A stretch of 64,000 nucleotides of DNA, from positions 1 to 64,000 of the forward strand of contig AP024665.1 of assembly GCA_024346625.1 (NCBI GenBank), given 5' to 3'. This DNA comes from Williopsis jadinii (Eukaryota). A program made the translations under genes and the position numbers. The notes beneath the pieces were generated by a model that saw nothing but the letters and a program-made list of their open reading frames with translations, did no database searches and was not told the DNA's origin. Of the stretch, positions 20,347 through 31,009 are shown piece after piece (position 1 is the first letter of the stretch; each line of letters begins with the position of its first letter).

Positions 20347-22128
20347 TCAGTAGAATTTGAAAACCTCCCACAAGGAGATTAGTCTATGCAATTTTGTAGT
20401 GAGCATTAGCTCTGTATCGTTCATCTTTTTCAGCTGGGTCAATTCACTAGGCAGTAAGTATTCCAACTCTTTCCCCTTAACGTCATCTCTGTTGATCTTG
20501 GAAATCAGCTGTGCGTTTTCAGCTTTCAGCAGTGCAATCTTCTCCAAGATTTTACCCATATTCCAACAGATGTTTGTCTTGAGAGTATTGTTTCCGTGCT
20601 TTTCATTCACACGGAACAAAAACACTGACTTGGAAGCTGCACGGTCAGCGGTCTTTGGAACTTCTTGGATCTGTAGCATGTTGTATTTAACCAAAGTGGA
20701 GGTTAAGGAACGAGCATCCTTCTCTCTCAACAGAGCAGTAGAGCTGATAAATTTTTCAGAGACGAGTCTATTGCCACGAACACATCTCATGATACGTGCA
20801 CATGGCGAGCCCAATGTACTGGAGATTATGGAATCAGATAGAGATCTCTTCAAGTGAATCATAAGTTCTGGGTATGGGATGTAGTAGGAAGAGTTTTCCT
20901 TCTTCAAGAATGGGATAGAAGAGTTTGTGAGGATTCTCAGATGTTGATCCACAGTTGCAAGTGGTGCGCCATTTTGTACAAAGCCTTCGCCCATGTCGTC
21001 AAAATCATCCTCATCATCACTATCATCATCACCATCCATGTCTCCATTTCCAGTTACGATTCCGTAATCACCATTCTCTAGCTTTATACGTTTAGTGTTG
21101 TTGAGCTTTGCAGTTGGCTGTGTACGTTTGGTAACACCAGTGACGATAGAATTATCTAGTGAAAAATCAATGTTCTTAACAATGTCCTTTGCAGCGAACA
21201 GGTTATTTTGAAGTGGTTCATAATGTGAACCAAGCACAATTTCCTCATTGGTGAGTCCGATCTGATGCAACAGATTGACAACATCTGGTGAGTTCTTCTC
21301 ATCGTGCAATAGTGCCTTGTAAAAGACTTTCGATGTGACTTTACCAACTCTATGAGAGCACAACTGAGCCAGTTGAATACTTCTTCGAGATTTCATGTAT
21401 CTTTTCAAGTTGAATGTTAAAGATATGTTTGAGTTGATCTTCAAGATGGAAGTTGCCTTGTCCTTTAGGTATAGAGCCTCCGGTTCAGCGTTGAGTATAT
21501 TGAAAAATTGAAGCTTTGCCTTCTCTTTGGCCTCCGCAGTGCGCTTCAACTCGGAAAGAGCAGCTCCATTGGGGACCTGTAGATATGCAGCTTTCATTGT
21601 TTTCATCCAAAGATCCTTGACAGGGTAGAAATGTGATTTTTGTACTGGAACCAGGAACTTATCCCTCACCAATTGCATAAAGCATCTCTCCAATTTGTCT
21701 ATAGTTTCGGCATCTAGAGCACCAAGAGAGGCAATGTAGTCAGAGATGGTCAAGTTACCCAAGCTAAGGAAGTTCTGTACGATTTGGGTAGTGGACGGAT
21801 CGTTGTTATAGATCTCCTCGATATGTGAAATGATCTCACCAGAGTACAGCATCAAAAGTGCACCGTCCTCTCTGAAGGAATAGAACGTTGTTGTGGATCT
21901 GAAGTTTGTCTCCTCCCACACAGAGATACAGTTCAGTTGGATAAGACTAACTAAAGTCTTCTTAACGAGAACTCCCTGCATCTTTGTTCTCTTAACAAGG
22001 TCCTTCAAGCTGAGTCGCCCATAGTCAATCAGGCACGAAACCACTGTCGACGCTCTCTTCCCAAGGTACGACTCCACAATCCCAGAGTATACATAGAGCT
22101 CGGTGTTCTGAGTCTTTGAGAATGACAT
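20347..22128 (-). CDS. RPC82: RNA polymerase III subunit C82
   Basis: GRLSL...LVSLIQLNC, IQEVPKTADRAASKSVFLF, LLPSELTQL. Confidence 0.95.
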   Translation of the reverse strand: MSFSKTQNTELYVYSGIVESYLGKRASTVVSCLIDYGRLSLKDLVKRTKMQGVLVKKTLVSLIQLNCISVWEETNFRSTTTFYSFREDGALLMLYSGEIISHIEEIYNNDPSTTQIVQNFLSLGNLTISDYIASLGALDAETIDKLERCFMQLVRDKFLVPVQKSHFYPVKDLWMKTMKAAYLQVPNGAALSELKRTAEAKEKAKLQFFNILNAEPEALYLKDKATSILKINSNISLTFNLKRYMKSRRSIQLAQLCSHRVGKVTSKVFYKALLHDEKNSPDVVNLLHQIGLTNEEIVLGSHYEPLQNNLFAAKDIVKNIDFSLDNSIVTGVTKRTQPTAKLNNTKRIKLENGDYGIVTGNGDMDGDDDSDDEDDFDDMGEGFVQNGAPLATVDQHLRILTNSSIPFLKKENSSYYIPYPELMIHLKRSLSDSIISSTLGSPCARIMRCVRGNRLVSEKFISSTALLREKDARSLTSTLVKYNMLQIQEVPKTADRAASKSVFLFRVNEKHGNNTLKTNICWNMGKILEKIALLKAENAQLISKINRDDVKGKELEYLLPSELTQLKKMNDTELMLTTKLHRLISLWEVFKFY

Positions 22129-22381
22129 CTCGTCCTATAACCTGTCGCTCGTTGGCGTCTATTTGCAATTCCTCCCCTTTTTTGAGCAGAGTGAAGAGAG
22201 AGAGAGAGAAAATACCCACAACAAACGTCATCGAGAAAGAGACCAGCGAAGAGGAGGTTGAAAAAAAAAATCTGCATCACGCGTGCCCGTACCGCATCAC
22301 AGGTATAACCCCGGTGATGAGATGCCTTCTCGAACCAGCGACATAATTGGCGTTGTAACTCAGGGACCTGTTAGATCGAGG

Positions 22382-23386
22382 ATGAGAAGCCGTATATTGC
22401 ATGGCTGTATGGGGAGGAGATGTCTTCACAAGCTGTCGAACACTTCATCTGTGTTGAAGAAACTACGAGCATCAATTGAAGAAGTGAAGAGGGAAAGTCT
22501 AAAGGCAGTTGAGGCTCAAAGAGAAGATGTCAAGTTTGTGAAGAGTACGTCCAGTGAAAGGAGCTTTAGAAGGGACAGTATCGACCTTTTGAATGAAAAG
22601 TACAAGGGCGAATTCAAGGATGAGCTTAGTGCTCATGTCATTGGTGGTGTTACCCACTTCTTTACAAAGGCATACGTGAAATTGGAGTGGACCACTGCAA
22701 AGTTTCTGGATATACCTGGTGAGCAAAAGAGATTAGAACAGGAGAGGGCGATGGCATCTCAACAAGAGGAAAATGAGCCAGTCGATGTTGATTTCAAGAT
22801 CAAGAAGGCTGGACTACCGGAGATTGTATTCTTAGGCAAATGTAACGTTGGTAAGTCCTCGTTGTTGAATGCACTGTTGACTTCTAGAAATGCCAAACAG
22901 AATTTGGAGTTTGCATGGGCCTCTAGAAGGGCCGGGTTCACGCAGACCATGAACTGTTTCAACGTTGGTAACAGGTTTAACCTTATAGATACACCAGGGT
23001 ATGGTGTGAAGGGTAAGATGGAGCAAGGTGAACAGGTGATGGAATACCTCCATAGAAGGAAGGAACTGCGCAGAGTGTATCTCTTAATAGGCGCAGAGGA
23101 AGGATTTAGTCAGGATGATTTTACCATCATTGATATGTTATTAGAAGCTGGCGTACCCTTTGAGATAGTCTTCACCAAATTGGATAAGTTGAGGAAGACG
23201 AGTAAAGTTGAGCAGCACATCAAAAATAGCGGTGTCTTAACACTACCTTCTCAGCCATCGCTAATCTTCACAAATTCTGAAGTGAACAAGTACCACAGAG
23301 AAAGACACGGATTTGAGATATTGAGATGGTCTATATTTGAAGCCTGTGGTTTGCCATATAGTACAAAACCTTTGAAGGTTCAGTAA
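22382..23386 (+). CDS. MRX8: Mitochondrial EngB/YihA-family GTPase (start uncertain)
   Basis: LPEIVFLGKCNVGKSSLLN, DTPGYG, TKLDK; near MRPS28 as in S. cerevisiae YDR336W/YDR337W. Confidence 0.85.
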   Translation: MRSRILHGCMGRRCLHKLSNTSSVLKKLRASIEEVKRESLKAVEAQREDVKFVKSTSSERSFRRDSIDLLNEKYKGEFKDELSAHVIGGVTHFFTKAYVKLEWTTAKFLDIPGEQKRLEQERAMASQQEENEPVDVDFKIKKAGLPEIVFLGKCNVGKSSLLNALLTSRNAKQNLEFAWASRRAGFTQTMNCFNVGNRFNLIDTPGYGVKGKMEQGEQVMEYLHRRKELRRVYLLIGAEEGFSQDDFTIIDMLLEAGVPFEIVFTKLDKLRKTSKVEQHIKNSGVLTLPSQPSLIFTNSEVNKYHRERHGFEILRWSIFEACGLPYSTKPLKVQ

Positions 23387-23468
23387 AAATAAAAGATTTT
23401 TAGTTCTTTAGATGTGGAAATATTTCATTATTCACTATTATACACACAAGGAGAAAGCACAGAGCAAC

Positions 23469-24080
23469 TTAGAAACGGCCACGGCCTCTACCACCAAAGC
23501 CACCTCTTGAGCCACCTCTACCACCGAAACCACCTCTGGCACCACCACGGCCACCGAAGCCACCACGGGCACCTCCACGACCACCGAAACCACCACGGGC
23601 CCCACCACGGCCTCCAAATCCACCACGAGCACCTCCACGGCCTCCAAATCCACCACGGGCACCGCCACGACCGGCAGCTCTCTTCTTCTTTGGAGCTGGT
23701 GGACCTGCAACCTTTGGCTTTGGCAAGAATCTTTCAATTGGTAGGAGCTTATCTGGAGCAATGTAAAACTTATCTCCATCTTTAAAAGAGTCAGCTTGCA
23801 CACCCTCGCTTGGCTTGATAGTGAAGAACACCTCGTTCAATGGTCCAAGAATCTCATCCACTTTACCAATCTGGGTCTTGTTCTCAAGGTATATTGGTGC
23901 ATTAAAGTATGGGATCTTTGTATTGATGGAACGGCAGAAGATATCACCTTCAACTGAATGTACGAATGAGCCCATCTCGAGCACTGAGTCTGGAGGACCT
24001 TGTGGGACTGCCGGTCTACCAAAACCACCACGTCCACCACGGCCTCCACGGAAGCCACCTCTGTTTCCACCCCTGTTCAT
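23469..24080 (-). CDS. GAR1: H/ACA snoRNP protein Gar1
   Basis: RGG termini, [37 protein letters not shown]. Confidence 0.98.
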   Translation of the reverse strand: MNRGGNRGGFRGGRGGRGGFGRPAVPQGPPDSVLEMGSFVHSVEGDIFCRSINTKIPYFNAPIYLENKTQIGKVDEILGPLNEVFFTIKPSEGVQADSFKDGDKFYIAPDKLLPIERFLPKPKVAGPPAPKKKRAAGRGGARGGFGGRGGARGGFGGRGGARGGFGGRGGARGGFGGRGGARGGFGGRGGSRGGFGGRGRGRF

Positions 24081-24353
24081 CTTGTTTGAATGGCTTTTAT
24101 ATGGGAATCTTGAATTGAAGAGAAGCTATAAGCTGTGAAAGAGAAAAGAGAAGCCCATCGCACAAAAATTTTCCAAGCACACTGCGCTTTTCCCAAAAGG
24201 GTAATTTACGGGGGCAAGAAAGAGGTCGGATTTGATCCGCGTGTTTGACTGTTGTTTTTGGCCTCGATGGAGCTGTTTGTCTCATCTTACTATGGAAAGA
24301 GGATATAAACACACCAAGAATACCGTTACTTTCAGTGTGGTGTTGACGTAGGG

Positions 24354-27300
24354 ATGGCCTTTGACGATGAATTAGAGGATCTGATCGTCTCCAAGAAGGG
24401 CAAGTACGTGAAGTTCACGCCCGTGGTGGTTGATAAACTGAAACAGTTGATACTCAGGTCATCTGAATGTGACAAGGTCATCGCTTCGCATCATTTACAC
24501 TCGGACAAGTTCTTTGAAGAGTTCTTATGGCCAAAGGTGTCCGATAAGTGTACCGACAATGCACTGTTAGTTGTGTGGGTTTGTGTTGTGTCTCGTGTGC
24601 AATCAGGAAAGAGGTTGCACTTTAACGGCGATGATCGTGCTAAAGTTGAAGAGTTTGTATTCAGATCAGTACAGGTCATCAAAAACGACCAGCAAGTGCT
24701 TGGGTTGAAAGTGTGGGCCATCAGATTCATCAGGTCTTTGATATCCTCACTGGATATCCCGGTCTTAAGGAAGGTGCTGGAGCCTGCGTTTTCTATAGCA
24801 TCATGGAGATCGCTAAAACATAAACCACTGGACAAATTCGACCTGCAAAGTTCATACGACACAATGAATGAGAGGCTGTCCAAGCTGACCAAGAGGCAAG
24901 CAATCATATATAATACCTTATCACTGTTTGTTCATGACTTGTGTTCTTCTCTAACATCTCTTGAAGCCGTTACCAAGGATAACGTTCGATTCTACAAAGA
25001 GATTGTGTCAACTCTCTCGTTGATACTTTCTCAATTACCAACAAGAAGGTTTTCCAAGACGATAATTGAACACTCAAACGCTTTACAGATCCTAAAGTAT
25101 AGAAAATTTGACCTGGGGTATACGCTGGAGTTGTTTGAGTACTTTTTAAAATTCCCATTGGACGAATTCACAGGTGAAATGGAAACTCCAACAACTTTGA
25201 AGGCAAGATACGACGAACGCTCAACAACTGTTATCTCATACCTGTTTACCCATTTCAGTGACAAACTAGGAAGTGCGATTTTGGATTCTTCTGCTGCCAT
25301 AGCCCCAAATCTACAAAACATACTACTGAAACTAGACCCAAGTGATATTGAACAAATGCTTATCCATCTGAAGCTCTCAACTACTTGTCCTGATTTCTCC
25401 GTTGATGCATTGTCATATTTAGTCTTGGAGTACCTTTCACCACCCGAGACTTCATCACAAACCCTAAAGAAGTATGGTTACCTTCCGATGTATCAATCGT
25501 TAGTTCAATTATCCTCGATTTCTCCATTTGAACTGCCAAATCTCAACTCGCAGTTCTTGTCCCTGTCAGACGCTCTAGTAAGGACTTATATTGATGTCAG
25601 ATTCGGGGCCTTCAACAATATTTCGAATCACATTGTTCGCACCGTTTCTCGTTTCAAAAAAACTGGAGTAGATGGTAAACTGACAGGGTCCAGTCGTCAT
25701 GCCATAAAGTTGGGATCATATAGTGTGGAGTCTACGGTCCACTTTGATTCAAAGCTTGACTCGATTAAAAATACTAGAGTGACTTTACCGGTGGAACTGG
25801 GTAACTCTCAGGCTTCCCATGTTTCTGAATGGAATGACATTAAAACTGGAGATGTCATTTTGCTAGTCAAGCTCGGTGATAGATTACAAGGTAAAGGCTC
25901 CTTTGAGAAATGTGGAATCGAAAACGTTTGTTCTCTCCATGTTGAAAGTGTCGCAAACAAGAATGGTTCAAAGAAGCTGTCTTCCAATAGCAGGTCGTTC
26001 CTTATACATGCAATTGGTTCCCACGAGGAGAATTTCGAGAACATGAATCTTCTACTCAAGCTACCAGAGGCTTTAAAAGACTACTTTCAAAGTCTGAAGA
26101 ACATTGAAACCATCGTGGATTATCCTGATTCCACTTTAGAACCATGGTTTGTGGAACAAATCTTAGGATATGGAGACCACAACGCTGGAAACTTCACCAA
26201 GCTGGATCACCGTTCCAAGTTGTCTCTGAAATCTATTCCATGTGATATCATTGAAGAAGCTCTAAAAGATTTTGAATTGGATTGGCAACATGATTCCAAG
26301 AAGAGACGTGTTGATGATGAGATTAAAAAGTCCTACGATTCTGAAATCATTGGGAAACAAGTAACGTTAAAAGAGGGCACGTATCAACCTTCGCTCAACT
26401 ATACCCCAGCTCAACTGCGTGCTATAGTTTGCTCATCTTTAGATGGATTAACCATTGTTAGAGGGGCGGCTGGTTCAGGTAAGAGAAGCTTGGCTTCGCA
26501 CATTATACTTTCCAATATTGTAAACCACTCCAACGAACGGATTCTTGTGGTTACTAAGAATGAAATCACTCTTGATGATTTAATGGATAAGGTTATCAAG
26601 TTAGGTGTTAAGGATGAATATGTCTTCAGTATGACAGACACAGCTAGTCAAGAGGAGAAAATGAAAGCTTCCACACTTAGAATAACTGAACTACTTGGTA
26701 ACGTTGGAGACTTGGCATCTCTATTGGATATTCACGGTGCACATGATAATGATCCCCTTTGCGCTACCAACTTTTGGAAGTATGAGCTTCAACCTCTTTG
26801 GGAATCATTCTTACACAAGTGTAAGAGCTGTGACTCTTCAGAAGCTTTGTTATCGTGTTATCCCTTCAAGAGCTTTGGTAAATTGAACATTGACGGATCT
26901 CAAGATTTCAATTCAACATTGAAAGCCATCCTAGGTCATTACTGCGAAATTGCAAACTTGTTCGAGGAGATTGAACGCCTCGGTCCGTTAAGTTTCCTCA
27001 CCTCTAAAAAGTCAAAGGCTGAGTATCTATTGACGTTACAAGCGAAAGTGATTGGTGTCACTGCAAGCTTCCTTGAGGAGAATTTCACGTTGTTACAAGG
27101 CTATAACGTCCACTACAGCAGTATCTTATTTGCGGAAGCCTCACAGTTGAACATCCATGAATCTATTTTACCATTTCTTGTCGATTCCAAGGGAACACAG
27201 TCTAGAGTCATTATGATTGGCGATGAGCTTAACCTGGGGCCGTCTGTGCTCGACAGTGAGAGTGGTAAAGTCGTTGGACTGTCCACTAGTCTCTTTGAAC

Positions 27301-27734
27301 AGCTGATAAACAAAGGCGCAGCTTCAATAACCCTGTCTTCCCCTGAAGGACCACTGGAAGTGGAGCACATCATTGTCGATGGCTCTACAGAAGAACCAGA
27401 AACAGGATTTTACCACAACCTCCAAGAGTGCAAAGCGATCATAGACTACATCAGTACATCAAACGAAGACCTCACGGTGTTAACACCATTTGAAGGACAG
27501 AGGGCTCCACTACAAATGATGGTTGATGGAAAGTTCAACGGTAAATTCACCGTCCAAACTGTCGAGTCGTTTAGAGGATGTCGCTCCAACACCGTCATTG
27601 TCTCAATGGTTCGCACAGGAAACTACAGATTCGACGAGAAGCTCATCCACTCCATCTACCAATCAGCAATATCCAAGCTCGTCATTGTATGCTCACCAGC
27701 TTACAAAAGAGACTACGGGTTTGTCTTTGTATAG
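24354..27734 (+). CDS. Aquarius/Cwf11-like intron-binding SF1 helicase, divergent
   Basis: SQLPTRRF, LPNLNSQFLSLSD, YTPAQLRAI...GLTIVRGAAGSGK, ERILVVT, EASQL, IMIGD, TVESFRG...VSMVRT follow the Aquarius motif order. Confidence 0.8.
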   Translation: MAFDDELEDLIVSKKGKYVKFTPVVVDKLKQLILRSSECDKVIASHHLHSDKFFEEFLWPKVSDKCTDNALLVVWVCVVSRVQSGKRLHFNGDDRAKVEEFVFRSVQVIKNDQQVLGLKVWAIRFIRSLISSLDIPVLRKVLEPAFSIASWRSLKHKPLDKFDLQSSYDTMNERLSKLTKRQAIIYNTLSLFVHDLCSSLTSLEAVTKDNVRFYKEIVSTLSLILSQLPTRRFSKTIIEHSNALQILKYRKFDLGYTLELFEYFLKFPLDEFTGEMETPTTLKARYDERSTTVISYLFTHFSDKLGSAILDSSAAIAPNLQNILLKLDPSDIEQMLIHLKLSTTCPDFSVDALSYLVLEYLSPPETSSQTLKKYGYLPMYQSLVQLSSISPFELPNLNSQFLSLSDALVRTYIDVRFGAFNNISNHIVRTVSRFKKTGVDGKLTGSSRHAIKLGSYSVESTVHFDSKLDSIKNTRVTLPVELGNSQASHVSEWNDIKTGDVILLVKLGDRLQGKGSFEKCGIENVCSLHVESVANKNGSKKLSSNSRSFLIHAIGSHEENFENMNLLLKLPEALKDYFQSLKNIETIVDYPDSTLEPWFVEQILGYGDHNAGNFTKLDHRSKLSLKSIPCDIIEEALKDFELDWQHDSKKRRVDDEIKKSYDSEIIGKQVTLKEGTYQPSLNYTPAQLRAIVCSSLDGLTIVRGAAGSGKRSLASHIILSNIVNHSNERILVVTKNEITLDDLMDKVIKLGVKDEYVFSMTDTASQEEKMKASTLRITELLGNVGDLASLLDIHGAHDNDPLCATNFWKYELQPLWESFLHKCKSCDSSEALLSCYPFKSFGKLNIDGSQDFNSTLKAILGHYCEIANLFEEIERLGPLSFLTSKKSKAEYLLTLQAKVIGVTASFLEENFTLLQGYNVHYSSILFAEASQLNIHESILPFLVDSKGTQSRVIMIGDELNLGPSVLDSESGKVVGLSTSLFEQLINKGAASITLSSPEGPLEVEHIIVDGSTEEPETGFYHNLQECKAIIDYISTSNEDLTVLTPFEGQRAPLQMMVDGKFNGKFTVQTVESFRGCRSNTVIVSMVRTGNYRFDEKLIHSIYQSAISKLVIVCSPAYKRDYGFVFV

Positions 27735-27914
27735 CATAAATCAGAGCTCCATCTATACAGTTACCCGGACATGTATTGTAGTTTGTATTTTTCGGTTTGC
27801 ACCACACAACCGTCCCTCGAGTGAAAAATTCCAGGTTGGAAAAGTTGGTCGAAAACCTCTCCAGAAGACATCGAAACACGCTGTTGTAAAACAAAGCACC
27901 GTACAAAGAGCAGC

Positions 27915-28784
27915 ATGTTGATGAACGGGTCTGTTTTGAAGGCGTTTGGCTCTGTACAGAGTGTGCGCTTCTTCAGTGCCTCCCCGGTATCGATGGTGAA
28001 GAAGTCGATTCTTAAGATTAGAGCTACAGAGAGAAAAGAGGTCAACTTATTGAGACAGAAGTACATCTCAGAGAAGAACTCCAACGTTGATCCTGTTCTT
28101 GGCCTTCCAAACAACCCATTCTTGAACAGAATTGATGCAGAATCTAAGGAGCCAAACGTGCTTGGTAGAAGCTACCAACTTCCTGAGTTGGAGAAGCTCC
28201 TGTATGGAGCACAAGAGGCATCTGTTAAGGATTCGTATGCCAGTGCCTCTGTTAGTGATTCCAGCTTGAGACAAAGAGAAGCTGTGCTTCGTATCTTGAG
28301 CATGAAGAACAGAGCAGACGCGGAAGTTCTGAAGTTCAAGATCGGCCTTGCAAAGAAGGAGTTTCAAAGATTTGAAGGTGATACTGGCTCCTCTGAAGTT
28401 CAAGCAGCAGTTGCGACTGTTAGAATCCATCATCTGTACCATCACTGTAAGGACAACAAGAAGGATCTTCAAAACGTGAGATTGTTGAGAATGATTGTAC
28501 AAAAGAGACAAAAGATCTTGAGATATTTGAAGAGGGATAACCCGGAGAGATACTACTGGGCCATCAACAAACTGGGTTTGACCGATCATATTGTTCACAT
28601 GGAGTTCAACATGGACAGAAGATACATGCAAAAGTTCAAGATGTATGGTGACCGTATCTTGATCAAGGAATCTAACAAGATCCAGGAAGAAGAGCGTAAG
28701 CAGAGACGTAAAGAGAAGAAGCTTTTGAAACACAAATCACTAAATGAGCTGAGAAGCATGAAGAGAGCTTTGTCAAAGCTTTGA
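27915..28784 (+). CDS. MRPS28: Mitochondrial ribosomal protein uS15m
   Basis: FQRFEGDTGSSEVQAA, RQKILRYLKRDNPERYY. Confidence 0.93.
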   Translation: MLMNGSVLKAFGSVQSVRFFSASPVSMVKKSILKIRATERKEVNLLRQKYISEKNSNVDPVLGLPNNPFLNRIDAESKEPNVLGRSYQLPELEKLLYGAQEASVKDSYASASVSDSSLRQREAVLRILSMKNRADAEVLKFKIGLAKKEFQRFEGDTGSSEVQAAVATVRIHHLYHHCKDNKKDLQNVRLLRMIVQKRQKILRYLKRDNPERYYWAINKLGLTDHIVHMEFNMDRRYMQKFKMYGDRILIKESNKIQEEERKQRRKEKKLLKHKSLNELRSMKRALSKL

Positions 28785-28906
28785 AATATTTTTGAAAGCA
28801 AATCATCATCATCCTTGTAAATATCAACTCTGAAAATCTACATGTTTCATATATAGAAGTTTTCTGCCTTTTCAATTGTAAACAAATCTGCATATGTAAA
28901 TTTGGA

Positions 28907-30451
28907 TTAGAGGAACCTTTTTATTGGACCACCAACGTGTTCGAGATCCAAAAGGAAGGTGTCATGACCGTACATACTGGTCTCTTCACTGAGTTCAACG
29001 TGATGGATATTAGAGCCATCACCTCCATGGAATTTTATGTTTCCCTTCTTCAAAACATCTGCAATTTCTTGCTGTTGCCAATGTGGGAACAATATATCGG
29101 ACTTCACTCCAATAACTAGCACCTCCTTGCTTGCAATTGGACTCATACCTCTGAGAAGATCATCAGCCTCTTGTTCCTGTGTCTTTGTCCGTCTTTTTAT
29201 ACTCTCGACATCATTTGGTGCCTTGATACAAACTTCTGATGCAACAAACGAATCATAAACACCTTTGAGGTATTCGCTCTCTGTGGATGATCTCTTCTCT
29301 TTTGCAAGAGATCTGTTGCTGTGTCCCAAGTCAAACAAATCCATTGCCTTGGAGACGTACAATAACGAATTTGGATCGTATTCAAGTGAGAACTTGTTTC
29401 CCTGGTGGTCCAAATACGTCTCAACCAAGAAGTCAGGACATAGAGCAGGACCAGATGTTGGTTTGGCCCTTTCTCTTCCAAACCGAATTTCCCATTCTGG
29501 ACCTGATCTATAAGTCACAGTTGCAATTTCCCTTGCAAGTTTCATGCCAACGTGTGGTGGCACGGAGTCGTAATAGTAGCCTCTCTTCCAATTTGGGTCA
29601 GACATGAGCACCTGTCTCTGTGTGTGACGCATTGCTATAGAGTAAGGATGCGATCTAGCACACCCTGAGATGGAAACCACACGGTTAACCCTGTCTGGGA
29701 ACTCATGCGCATAGGCAAGTGATTGCATTCCACCCATTGAAGAGCCCACAGAGGCGTATAGGTTCATGACTCCAAATTCCTCACGCATTAGACGTTCCTG
29801 GGCCCTAACCATGTCTGATATACTGAGGATTGGGAAACTTGTAGCGTATCTTTCACCATTGGCAGGGTCAACGGACGAAGGACCGGTGGAACCGTAGCAC
29901 CCGCCAACAACATTGGTACATACGACAAAGAATTTGTTTGTATCTAATGGCTTATCAGGCCCGATAAAGTCTTCCCACCAGCCTGGCTTTTCATTCTCAA
30001 TCTGGGACTTTGCATGGGAAGAAGCTGAAAGACCTGTATGGAGCAAGATAGCGTTCGTCTTGTCATCATTCAAAGTTCCCCAATGTTCATAGGCTACTTC
30101 AAACTCTGGTAAATACCCACCGTAATCTAGAAACAAAGGCTCTGTGCTCTTAAACACTTTGAATCCCGACTGAACACGGGCATAAACTGGCTCTGGAAGC
30201 TCATTCGTCTTTATATCGGTATCATCAAAGGGATTGTGTTGGTTTGAGAGCAGATCGGTCTTCTCCTGGAGTTTGTCCAAACAAGGGAATGACATTGCTG
30301 GGTTCGAAGGTGCTGTATTGGCCACATTTGTTGTACGAGAAGGGCCAACGACAGCTCTCTTCGAGGAAGACTTGGAGATAAGCCTTGCTTGATTTGTAAT
30401 CTTCAAGAGAGAGCTCTTTGTAGCTTGTCTTGTTGAGTGTCTGAGAAGCAT
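28907..30451 (-). CDS. CYS2: Mitochondrial serine O-succinyl/acetyltransferase (Cys2/CysA type, MetX fold)
   Basis: Presequence, [23 protein letters not shown], nucleophile elbow [23 protein letters not shown]. These fit Cys2 better than Met2. Confidence 0.85.
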   Translation of the reverse strand: MLLRHSTRQATKSSLLKITNQARLISKSSSKRAVVGPSRTTNVANTAPSNPAMSFPCLDKLQEKTDLLSNQHNPFDDTDIKTNELPEPVYARVQSGFKVFKSTEPLFLDYGGYLPEFEVAYEHWGTLNDDKTNAILLHTGLSASSHAKSQIENEKPGWWEDFIGPDKPLDTNKFFVVCTNVVGGCYGSTGPSSVDPANGERYATSFPILSISDMVRAQERLMREEFGVMNLYASVGSSMGGMQSLAYAHEFPDRVNRVVSISGCARSHPYSIAMRHTQRQVLMSDPNWKRGYYYDSVPPHVGMKLAREIATVTYRSGPEWEIRFGRERAKPTSGPALCPDFLVETYLDHQGNKFSLEYDPNSLLYVSKAMDLFDLGHSNRSLAKEKRSSTESEYLKGVYDSFVASEVCIKAPNDVESIKRRTKTQEQEADDLLRGMSPIASKEVLVIGVKSDILFPHWQQQEIADVLKKGNIKFHGGDGSNIHHVELSEETSMYGHDTFLLDLEHVGGPIKRFL

Positions 30452-30688
30452 TTGTGCAATGAATATGGGAGAGATGAGATGAGTAGAGAGCAGCACAAGT
30501 GGAATCAAATCACAATAACAACTTTAGCCACAGGGAGGTTAAAAGAGGAGAAGAAGGAGTCCTTTCCAATTGTGGCTAGTGCAGAAGAGAAAATTTGCTT
30601 GCTACAATCGTGGTGTGTATGCAAACCCGTTGTAAAGGTGGTGTCTTTGTATATGTAGGGTGTGTGGCTTCGTCTCGAGAAAGCACAT

Positions 30689-30733
30689 AAGCTGTGGCGC
30701 ACTTTCTCGGGTAAGTGATTTAATTGCACGTGA
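30689..30733. promoter_or_regulatory. Met31/32-like (AAGCTGTGGC) and Cbf1 (TCACGTG) sites upstream of CYS2
   Basis: AAGCTGTGGC at 30689-30698; GCACGTGA at 30726-30733. Confidence 0.55.
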
Positions 30734-31009
30734 TCTCAATTTCTTTTTTTGAAGCCACTAAAGCTTACGTAAGCGACCACGGATCTGGTGTTGGGATGTT
30801 TTTGTTTTGGGAGGGGCAGGGGGTTTACATGTTGGCTTTATCGATTGCGGCGCTTTGTGTTTGGGGGTGTATGCCCTAGCGACCCTGTGGGCCACTGCCC
30901 AGGTGCCCAGGTGCGACCAGGAAAAAAATTTCTTCATCGCTAGAGCTTTCTTCAACCCCCTTTCTTTCCTAATTCTTTTCAACTAACAACAAATAAACAC
31001 AGTAACAAG

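Noticed and set aside
23414..23803. His-rich and Val-rich ORFs over GAR1 (similarly over NPL3 and the PPZ poly-Q)
   Set aside because: Alternative-frame shadows of low-complexity repeats.
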